This document shows, piece after piece, positions 23,820 through 33,161 of a DNA stretch of 64,000 bases. Source of the DNA: Oikopleura dioica (lineage: Eukaryota; Animalia; Chordata); NCBI GenBank assembly GCA_907165135.1, contig OU015566.1:12834001-12898000 (forward strand), in the 5' to 3' direction. The notes beneath the pieces are model-generated. The model saw nothing but the letters and a program-made list of their open reading frames with translations. It made no database searches and was not told the DNA's origin. The position numbers and the translations under genes are program-made. Position 1 is the stretch's first letter; each line of letters opens with the position of its first letter.

Positions 23820-25718
23820 ATGTCCTGGAATGGCTATACTTCCTGGACGAGCTCTGCTGAACGGCCGGAAGCAAAGGCCTTTCTCCGCTCTGTTCTGTAC
23901 GGGATCTACATGGATGATGTCGATGACCTGTTAAGAAGCCTAACGAATCTCCAGCGTCAAGACGAAGACACTCTCTGTGACCTGGGATTGCATCGGATCT
24001 CCATGCGTAGTAGAGCTGCATTGATCTACAGAATTGACGTGAAGTCCTGGTGGGCGGAAGCCATCTGTGCGAACATCCCGCCTCAGCTGGTCCCGCAATA
24101 TGCTGTTGTCAACCCAGCGGCAGGTTCCCTTAATCTGCATAGCGAATGGTCCCTCCGCTGTGGAAGTCTGAGCACCCAACTGGAAATCGATCAACATCTC
24201 TGTCTAATTCCTTCGGGGATTCATGGCAAGCTATATCGAGCTGCTGAGGAAACCTTCAGCTTTGACAGGAAACCCTTTGATGACTTCATTGCTGAGCTCC
24301 AAACACTAGTTAACCCTGAGAGATTGGAAAACTATCTTAGATCTCACGTGGGGCTAGTAAATACCAACGTAGCTGGGCTCAATGCTTTAATGGCTCCACA
24401 GGAGATGGATGCCGATGGACTCAGTGAGATTGTCAGAACTTGCAGGCTCCGAAGGAAGAACGTGTCTGAGAAGTTCAAACTCTGCTTTGGTCCTTGGCAT
24501 GGCGTTAAATCACATGCTCCCTTGCTCGGAGTAAAACCCACTGTCCTTCCCTCTCTGACGTTCCCTGACTTTAAACTTGTTGCCAAATCATCAAAGTACA
24601 GTGGAAGCATCAAGATCCCCAACCCTGAAATATTCTCCACTGCTAATCTAGCGATGTTGTCGACTGCTAGAAGCACACTGGAAGTGGCAGCCAAAGCCAA
24701 GAACCTGCTTTGCACACTTATCAGCAATGACCTGAGCAAAAAAGCACAGGCAACTCAGTGTGCTATTGAACTGGGCTTAGCTATGAAAAGAGCCACACAC
24801 CTCCAGATTGACCCTGCTCGTGAAATTGACGAAGCTATCCACAAAAGTGCCAGCTCTATCAACACCCAGTTCAAAACCAAAGTTGCAATTGTCGGTAGCA
24901 TGGTCTCTAGCATTGTCGAGTCTGCTGACAACGCACTCCTGAAACCGGAAATGATACTCTGGAAGAAAATCACAGATGAAGACTTCCCGGCCTTCCCGTG
25001 GACCAACTTCCTCAGGGTCAATCTTGGCATCCCAACCACTGTGATCACGGAACTGGAGGCTGAAATCAAGCGACGAACAAACTACAGTCTGGAACTCTTC
25101 GTTGACAAGGTCCTTGGAACCATTACATGGATGCATGGTGACTTTGACTTCTTTTCTCAGGAAAGAGCCTGGTATGGCTCCACGATCAAGGCTATTCCTC
25201 ACCAAGTACGCAATGCAGAAATAATCTCTACTCTGATCTCAACTGTTACTGGGAACTTGGTCCAAGCCAGAGATGCTGCCTACTTCCTAACCACAGAATG
25301 GAAGCCCTGCAGGACCAATGATCAAACGCACACCTATGATCCTTCCCCGAGAAAGCGCCCAAGAAACACGCTGGATGAAGTGGAGCCTTTCTCATCTAAG
25401 TCCATCTCTCCAGTGGGTAACGCCACTACTCCAGCTACCTTGACACGACAAGAAGGCGCGCTCACAAATTCTAAGGAATACGAACGACTGGGGAATCTTT
25501 CAGAGAATCAACAAGGAGTGAACCTGTCAACTCTGAGTGCAGAAAGTGCTGAAACATCCAAGTACACCTGCTCGCTCAATAATACAAGCAGCTCTGATGG
25601 ACTTGGTGATGTGCAACCCAAGCAAAACCCAACTAAAAGAAACTCTGCCAATCTCATCAGCCTTGTCAACCACCAGAGTGATGAAGAAATCGAAGATGGT
25701 CAAATCTGTGGAGAATAA
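23820..25718 (+). CDS. Island ORF4, 632-aa orphan, distant paralog of ORF3, with NLS-like PSPRKRPR
   Basis: Intronless ORF preceded by AATAAA (23764) and a tttcttcctag acceptor (23802); shares an ungapped 48-aa block with ORF3. Confidence 0.8.
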   Translation: MSWNGYTSWTSSAERPEAKAFLRSVLYGIYMDDVDDLLRSLTNLQRQDEDTLCDLGLHRISMRSRAALIYRIDVKSWWAEAICANIPPQLVPQYAVVNPAAGSLNLHSEWSLRCGSLSTQLEIDQHLCLIPSGIHGKLYRAAEETFSFDRKPFDDFIAELQTLVNPERLENYLRSHVGLVNTNVAGLNALMAPQEMDADGLSEIVRTCRLRRKNVSEKFKLCFGPWHGVKSHAPLLGVKPTVLPSLTFPDFKLVAKSSKYSGSIKIPNPEIFSTANLAMLSTARSTLEVAAKAKNLLCTLISNDLSKKAQATQCAIELGLAMKRATHLQIDPAREIDEAIHKSASSINTQFKTKVAIVGSMVSSIVESADNALLKPEMILWKKITDEDFPAFPWTNFLRVNLGIPTTVITELEAEIKRRTNYSLELFVDKVLGTITWMHGDFDFFSQERAWYGSTIKAIPHQVRNAEIISTLISTVTGNLVQARDAAYFLTTEWKPCRTNDQTHTYDPSPRKRPRNTLDEVEPFSSKSISPVGNATTPATLTRQEGALTNSKEYERLGNLSENQQGVNLSTLSAESAETSKYTCSLNNTSSSDGLGDVQPKQNPTKRNSANLISLVNHQSDEEIEDGQICGE

Positions 25719-26090
25719 CTGCTTACTCTTACTTAAATCTATGATCCCTTAATCCACCAAGAATTACCCATTTCACTGCCAGCTAGGGATTCTGGCTAAT
25801 AGCTTTTCCGTTCAACATGGGCTGTTACCTCTGCTCTCTTTGGGACCCTTTCTTACTAAGCTACTGTTGTGCTTGCTCTCCTAGATAAACTTTGCTTTAA
25901 CCAACATCCCAGATAGGTAAATTGCACTGCGATGAATAAATTATTAAACTCTACTCTTTTTTGGTAGAACAGCGATATCAGAGCTGTTGACAACTTTGAC
26001 TTTTATATCTATGCAGCATGTTACTTTATTGCAGAAGCACTCAATAGTATGCCACAGAATAAATAAATCATATATCATTGCCATGCACAA

Positions 26091-29000
26091 TTACAAGAAC
26101 TCTTTGCAAGCAAATTCGCGGGTTGAGTACCGCTTCCAAGAAACATCGCCTCGCTTGCCTCGGTAGGCCGTAGAAGTCATGTGGCCGTAATCCAGGATTG
26201 GAGATGAGTTCTCAGCGGAAGGATTGACCAATGTAGGTTCCTCGTGCATAAACACCAACTGCCCCACAGAGTTTATACGCCCAATCAACTCTGAGGGAGG
26301 GACCGGGTCGTTGCTGGGGGCATCGCGCTCTGAAAATTAGCTTGCTCCGTGAATTGAATATTCTTAACTTACGGAGGAACTGCTTAACTAAGGGGCCCTC
26401 CTTTGTTCCCTCAGGCCAGAATAATCTCTCATCGTTGTATACCCCGAAGAGCAAACGTTCGATCTGCTGCTCCCAGCGAGGACCCACAACTCGCTGAACA
26501 AGGGAGATGTTGCGACGCCAAACTGGGTTGATCAAGCCTGCACTGTACTTCAATGAAGTAAAGGCCTCTGAGCGGATGTCGCCGTGTCTCTTCTCAGCAC
26601 AATATGCCAAATATCGATCGCGCAGTGGTTTCTGATGTTGAGCTATGAATCCTGCTATTCCTTGCATACACATGAGCTAAATAGTATTAACTTAGACTTC
26701 CACTGACTAAACCGACCTCTTCTCTACGCATTGTTGTTCCGCATGTCAAGCGAGCCAAGTCCCCTAGACCACGCTCCCCCCGCTCTTCGACGAACTCGTA
26801 GCTGAAGCCAGGCCAGATTGTTCTAAAATTACTATTAAAATTTGTCCAAGGAACTGCTATTCTTACTTTTCCCAGCGAAGTAACTTTCCATCTGAGTTGT
26901 AAACTGGGTGCCAATCATAATCGTGGCCCGGATTAGACTCCTGAGGTAAGGTCATGGAACCAGGAGGGGCTCCAATGCTAGTATCCGGGACTAACACTGT
27001 CTCTGTCATCGACTGCTTCTCTTGCTCGCGACGTTGTTTGTATTTCTCCAAAGTCAGACCCATAGATTCAGCTGCTCGGAGTCCTTTTCGCTCGACTGCT
27101 CCACAAAGGAAAAGAATTCCCATGCGACCGGACATCTTCATAGACCAATAAGAATTAGGTCGTTCAGCTCCAATTGACATTGCAAAATCCATGCAACATC
27201 TCCCAGGGCAAAATGCATCGTAAACTCGGCGCTTTTCACCATCCAAGTTTTCATTCCAGAATCGGGCCATAGTGGACAGAGTCCCAACTATGGACAAAGT
27301 GAAGTCCTCAATGTTCTGACCATGGGAGTCGGCATGGGCTATCTTACGCAACCAAGGACGATTGGAATACTCAGGAACATCGGTGGGCTCAAATGAAATC
27401 ATGGGATAGATCTTCAAAGCGCAGATTGACCCATTGAAAAAATCACCGTCGCTATCCTGGCAAGGGACATCATTGCATAGTCTGTCAATGTCTTTCCCAG
27501 TCAACTTAGTGCGCTCTTCTTCACTCATCTCTGGATAACCCTTGCTGTGATCATGCCATGGAGCCACGGGCTGGCAAACATCGCGGATTATAGCCTGCAG
27601 AGTTCCCTCTGGGGTGTAAAATGTACCATGATGCTGTCGAATGTATCTCTCCTTGATGCGCTGGAAATCCCCTGGATTGATGTCGTCCGCCCGCATTGGA
27701 GTCGTATAGATAGCAAAGGTGGTTGTAGATAACTGCTCCTCGCTTGTACTCCGATGCTGAGGAACTCCATTCTCAGGATATGAACCATCGGCATGACCAT
27801 CAAAGGGCAATACATAATCTGGGAGGACAGTAAAGCCCTTAGTAGTGTGCTCGTCGTCCAGATTACGATGAAGCTCAACCCTCTCTCTGGCGAGCCGAGA
27901 AAAGTTCTCAGGCTGTTCGTTCATCACATCGATGAAGTCTTCGTTGTCTAGGAGCTCTTCTGTTGGAAGAACGCTTGTTGCATAGTATGGACCCTCTCGG
28001 AAATTAACAAGATCCACACCGTCCTCCTCTGGGTTCTCTTCCTCCTCCGGAATTGCCACTTCTGTGACTATCTCACGGGTCTGCTTCTTGGGGAATGGTG
28101 GAACTGTTTCCTCCTGGATGCTCTCTGCGGATGGGGGATCCATGTTGTCCCATGCGGCTACCTCAGCCTGGGTAAGATTCTCGGATTGTCTTGGGAGAGT
28201 CTCGCGCCGCAAGAGTGACACTTCCTCGTCAGAAATGTCGTGGTGAACATACATGGCCGGCCCAGTAAGGGTTGCAGGTTTCCCGGGTTCGACGGTGACA
28301 TAGGCGCTTCGACGTTCAAAATCCTGGAGTAAACGTGTAGCTTGGAAATCGGGCTGACCCTGAAGTGACATGGCATCGAAATAATTCTTGGCGTCAGCCT
28401 CCTGCAGAGTCTCCCCAGGCTTGAGAGTTGATGTATCAATGAGTAGGTGAACAGGGTGATCTGGAGGCAACTCGTTCAAGTCGCCGACCACGGGGCAGTT
28501 ACATGGACCACTCTGCATACAGGTCAAACAGGGTAGAACATGACTTCCTAGATTTTCGCCCAGGTAAACCAAAGTATCAATGCAGGGGCAGATGGATCGC
28601 TCTGATCCAAAAAGGTAGTCGGAAGCAAATCCCTCGAAGTCACCCTGATCGGAGATGGTATCGGTAGACAGGGGTGACCATTTGGGCAAAAAATTATCGT
28701 CGGGCCAACCAATTGCCCGCCCAATACCAAAAATCAAGACCCGGGCCCACCAAATGCCCGACCAGTCCAATGTGCCCAGAATGCCCAATCGGGCGATTGG
28801 GCAATTTTTCGGGCAAAAATTTTCCCGGCATTTCAGGCTTCTTAAAACTTTACTTTTTTACTTTTCTTTTAATAATTTGTTTCAGTTGAAGTGATTGAAC
28901 GAATTTTAAGCAAAAAAAGGCTCTTGAAAGGTTTGAAAAATATTTAAAAGGGGTCGAAAAAATAATTATGTAAAAGTTCAGTCCGGTTGTCAAGAATAGA

Positions 29001-31573
29001 CAGCTAACCATAAAGGTCCACTTCACACACTCTTGCATAACCGTCTCGAACAAGGGGTTCAAAAATAAGGGATAAAAAGGATCTGGAGGTCAAGGGTAGA
29101 GTCTACCGTAGACAGCTAACCTTCAAGGTGCACTTCACAGACCCTTGCAGAACCATCTCCGCAAAAAAGTCGAGTTAACGGGGTGGATATTTTCATAAAA
29201 GGATCAGGAGGTCAAAGGTAGACAGCTAACCATTGAGGTCCACTTCACACACCCTTGCAGAACCTTCTCCTTATATCTTTTTTTTCTTTGCGAGCTTAAC
29301 GACCAATAAGCGGGCAGGAAAACGCCCACGTTCGTGATTTTCCCCGGTGGGCATTTGCCCAGCTGCCCAATGGTGCCCAACTGCCCAGAAAATGCCCAAA
29401 TGCCCGACGTATCCCATGTTGCCCAGCCTATTTTCAGGAATTGAGCCGACCAAATACCCGCCCAAAAGCGTTTTTGCCCGAAAATTGCCCGATTTGCCCA
29501 AATGCTCAATGCCCAAATGGTCACCCCTGTCGGTAGATGAGTTGTATGAGCTGCCCTCCTCGCTACCTTCTTGGCAACGGGGTCTACTGCGACACTGAAG
29601 ACAGCCATTGTAGATCTCTGTAAACTGCACAACTGGGCAATGGCGAAACTCTGTTATTGGGCGCCCCTTCTCATCTTGGCTCTCGTAAACGTGGAAGTCC
29701 CATGGATTTGGCTCGTGAGAATTGCGAACTTGTTCCCGTACTTCTAAGTATCTTCGTAAGCACTGACATTGACGATCCAATATTTTGAAAGAGCCAGCGC
29801 AATCGTTACATCCAAATACGCGCTCATTATTCTTTGCCATCACTGACCACATGATACTCAAAGGATTTCTCAGGAATACAAAACCGAGATCCCACATCTC
29901 CTTGATGAGTGCGCTGAAATCTTCCCCCTCCTGTGTTCTTTTGCGTAGAAGACGAGTCTTCATTTGTGACAAAGTATAGGCAAGATCTTGTTCAGCATTG
30001 CTCTGCTCGGCGCTGGGGACCCCGAGCTGTTGGGCCTGCTCAGATACAGCGCGAAGACGTGCCATCTGATCTCGCATATCCCAAACGTAATCCTTCATAG
30101 CAGTGATTCGACGCTCGAGATCCCCTGCAACGCGGCACTCCAGGAACGATCTCAGAATCTTGCGCTGTGTTTCTGGTACATTCTGTACCTCGTCAACCAT
30201 GGATTCGTGGGCCAAACGGAGCTTCTCGACCTTCTGTGCAATGAGCATCTTCCGGGCGTTAAGATTTTCTCGGTTGGTTGACTGTGATTGAGTAGACTCC
30301 TTGTGCTGTCGTAATGATGCTGCAGTTGGAAAATACTCAGATGAGCGACCAGGTACCCTCTTGTAAACGTTTCCAGCGGTTTTAAGACCATGAGTTTCTG
30401 AAGTTAGAGCATACTCGCCAACTTTGAGTTTGAGCTCTCGCTCAGTTCCAATGAACACACACGTTCCTATGCATCTCCCTCCACGGATAAACTCCAGGAT
30501 GAAAGTTTTCCGCTCATTCTTCGGTAAGATCGTCAATCTCTGGCAGGAAATCGAGAGATCCTCTGGAGTCAGTAGATTCTTTGAATACGGAAGATCTTCC
30601 CTGGTACACCCTAATCCAGCTCTGATGCCCTCCCGATCGCGGAACTTAGGAAATGCGAAGCCAAATCGACTGAGTTTCAGTAGTACATCTTGGCAGCGGA
30701 AGAATCGCTCACCAGCGTTGTGTTCTCTGTTGGACGGTCCAATTGCTCCTAGAAAGCCGACATAAGCCTCTCCATCCTCGGCGTGATTTCCACCATGAAT
30801 GACCAAGAGGTCTCCTCTGAACTTTGAAGAACCCGGATTCAGTGACTCCAACACGGAATCGATACAAAGCTGCAAGTACTTTCGATCCCTGGCCTTCCAC
30901 TCGGTCTACAAAAAGTGTTATCCCTGACCAAGTAACTAACTCTAATACCTTGAATAAATCCATTATCCAGCGGCTTCTCCCATTCAATGAATGTCTCAGG
31001 GAGATGTCAGCCTCAATGCCGGATGACTCGGCCAGACGATAAAATCGATACCATGACGAGGGAATTCCCACGCGGATCCAATTATTTTCCCGGTTCCTCC
31101 GTGACTCGGCGTTCTTGAAGAAGATATGCTGAGCGGATGGACCAAAGCTCTTCTTGAGCACTTTGCTTTGATAGTTTGGCTCATCTACAAGGGGCTCCAC
31201 CATCTTAAATTCCTCGTCGGTATCAAGATATGGTGGATTCTCTGGGCTTGGAGGTCGACTGCTGAGTGCACTATGTAAGGAATTAAAAATCGTATTCAAT
31301 GTAAAATTGTTGTCTACTATGTATAAATGGAACATCTACTTACGAAGCCTGATCCTCCAAGAGAACACACATCTGGAGGGAATGAGCCTTCCACTGCTGT
31401 GCCTTGACCGCGTCGGACACTGTTGGATCCTGCACAGGACACAAATCCTGGTAATTTTCATGGTCCAGCGAAGAAACTTGCTCAGTTATCTCCTGCAAAT
31501 AGTCCTTGCTTTTCACCAGCGATCGATATCCTGAGGTATAACGAGAATACTGCGGTTTGCCGATGCCTGACAT
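26091..31573 (-). CDS. Island antisense gene: 6 exons, ~1,456 aa after removing a MITE; Cys/His clusters and coiled coil, unknown function
   Basis: Exons 31573-31344, 31270-30949, 30905-26867 (minus the MITE), 26822-26717, 26676-26373 and 26329-26091. Five GT-AG introns (73, 43, 44, 40, 43 nt) all have compatible phases. Confidence 0.78.
28669..29529. mobile_element. hAT-type MITE inserted in exon 3 of the island antisense gene
   Basis: Perfect 20-bp TIR CAGGGGTGACCATTTGGGCA; exact 8-bp TSD TCGGTAGA at 28661-28668 and 29530-29537; subterminal TGCCC/GGGCA arrays. Confidence 0.95.
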
Positions 31574-31967
31574 GTCCTGGATCTGCTAGCTCTGAGAATG
31601 GTCACAGATCTCCCTCATCACAAAACTTGTCAATAATGGTGTAAATTTAAATTCTCATAGAATCTCAAATACTCCTAAGATCACTACCTAGTAATAACTT
31701 ACTCTTTGTCAACTAACCCTCTCCTGATCTGTGTTAAAGATGAACTGACCCTCTAAGGAATTTTCCCCCCACAATAACAATTGTTCTAGAGACACTCTGT
31801 CACTAGGACCTGAAATTAACTTGGCCCTCCTGGATGGAAGCCTAGAAACTCCTTCACTTCTCAGGTGTGATCAACTATCCAACAACAAACTGCTCTAGAA
31901 AGGCCCAAATAACAACCAAGATTCAACATGTTGCTAATTTTTCCTTGCAAATCTCTCTGTCTCCCTA

Positions 31968-32171
31968 ATGGCTATTCAGGAGTTTATCTTTTTCTCCGCA
32001 CTATGGATGATTATTTTATACTTTGTTTTTATCCTTTATTATTATTTTTCAAGTGTCAAGAAGGCTGAGGAATGGTGCAGTGACAGCGGGAATGTGACGG
32101 TCATGGTGGTGAAGCGGTCTTCAAGTCTCCTGGTGTGGCGATTCGTACTTCACTTCGGTGGTCCAGGATGA
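31968..32171 (+). CDS. Small single-pass membrane protein candidate (67 aa)
   Basis: Hydrophobic FIFFSALWMIILYFVFILYYYF is followed by KK; the stop overlaps the next ATG (ATGA). Confidence 0.45.
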   Translation: MAIQEFIFFSALWMIILYFVFILYYYFSSVKKAEEWCSDSGNVTVMVVKRSSSLLVWRFVLHFGGPG

Positions 32172-32353
32172 AGACGGCAGTAATACCTCCTAAAGACTCT
32201 GTCATTAATATTTACTGTAATTATATTCCCTGCTGCTCCCCACTGTACCTTCTATTACTCACTGTACTCAGCCTTCCTGCGCTTATAGGGCAAAGGATTA
32301 GGTCTTTTCCTTTTGCTCCTGTGCCTCTGGCGATCATTGATTGTCCAGGATAA
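32168..32353 (+). CDS. Second small hydrophobic ORF (61 aa from ATG 32168)
   Basis: MKTAV..CCSPLYLLLLTVLSLPALIG..; ATGA overlap at the start and TAATG overlap at the end. Confidence 0.35.
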   Translation: MKTAVIPPKDSVINIYCNYIPCCSPLYLLLLTVLSLPALIGQRIRSFPFAPVPLAIIDCPG

Positions 32354-32558
32354 TGCCCGAAAGGGGGCCCAATAAATGTAAACAGAACAGAACCGTGATT
32401 GACGTAGTTAAAGAAAGATCTGCTGTCGAGGAAGATAGTGTCCAGGAAATAAAGACAGATCCAGTTTCGGTTACAATAATATTTAAAGTTTAATGCACTC
32501 TAAATCCATGTAACCATTAAAAGTCGACGATCTTGTTGCGAAAATTGAAAAACTGAAA

Positions 32559-33150
32559 TTGAACTCAAAAAGATGCGATGAGAATACCCTTGCTCTCAAT
32601 GAAATTCATGATTCAATGATTACTTCTCTTGAAGCCTACAAAAATATGGAAGAAACTTTTAAGAAGCACCAAGCAAATTCTTTCGTTTCTGAAGAAAAGC
32701 TGCAAGAAAAAACAAGCGTTCACATTTTGACGTTAAAAAATATAGAAGCAACGCAAAATTTTTGTGATTCAATGTTATCAATGATTGCCCGGTCAAGAAT
32801 CAAAATTGCCGCTCTAAAGACTGAAAAGGAGACTACCAAAGAGGAGATCAAAAATATTCGTCGAAAGACGCAACCAGTGCTTTCCAAGTTAACCGACGAC
32901 GAAGATGACGAAACTACAAACGATTGCGATATCTGCTTTGAAAAATTCAATCACAGCGATCATTGGCATTCATGCATTACTGTGTGCGGTCATCGATTTG
33001 GAAGCTCTTGCATAAAGGCGGTTGAAAATTTTCACAAGTAAAATTTTTAATCAAAAATTGAACCGTTCAAAGAAACAATTCGAAATCAATGCTAGGTGCC
33101 CCAAATGCGATCGCCATTTCACCGAAGAGAACATTTTGACTCTGTTCTAG
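32559..33150 (+). CDS. Coiled-coil + RING finger protein (RFWD3-like RING pattern); start uncertain, possibly 32353
   Basis: CDIC..CGHRFGSSCI, then a short intron, then RCPKC; stop TAG at 33148-33150. Confidence 0.75.
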
Positions 33151-33161
33151 CTATTTCCTAC

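Larger units (their letters stand above)
18544..32392 (+). mobile_element. Large multi-ORF island containing a non-LTR-type reverse transcriptase (boundaries approximate)
   Basis: RT plus orphan ORFs with a visibly different base style (more CTAG/CCC/GGG, fewer CG than flanking genes; judged by eye). Candidate 6-bp TSD CCGTGA at 18538-18543 and 32393-32398. AATAAA followed by (AACAG)2 precedes the right copy. Confidence 0.7.
18492..33161 (-). other. Putative 14,670-nt GT-AG intron joining the two Tudor gene halves
   Basis: Donor and acceptor are both phase 0. The join reads ..ERVVGMEVLK|LPCCSNQPHTINILNNGNPMIELP.., completing an extended Tudor fold. Confidence 0.68.

Noticed and set aside
28660-28788. 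Apparent N-terminus MGILGTLDW.. of the 641-aa ORF, and the C-terminal tail of the 534-aa ORF
   Set aside because: Both are translations of MITE sequence; the true frame continues across the insertion.
18551-32390. Terminal inverted repeat for the island (ctgttct / agaacag)
   Set aside because: The match is only 7 bp and is not flush with the left end, so it is insufficient evidence for a TIR element. No LTRs or transposase were seen either.
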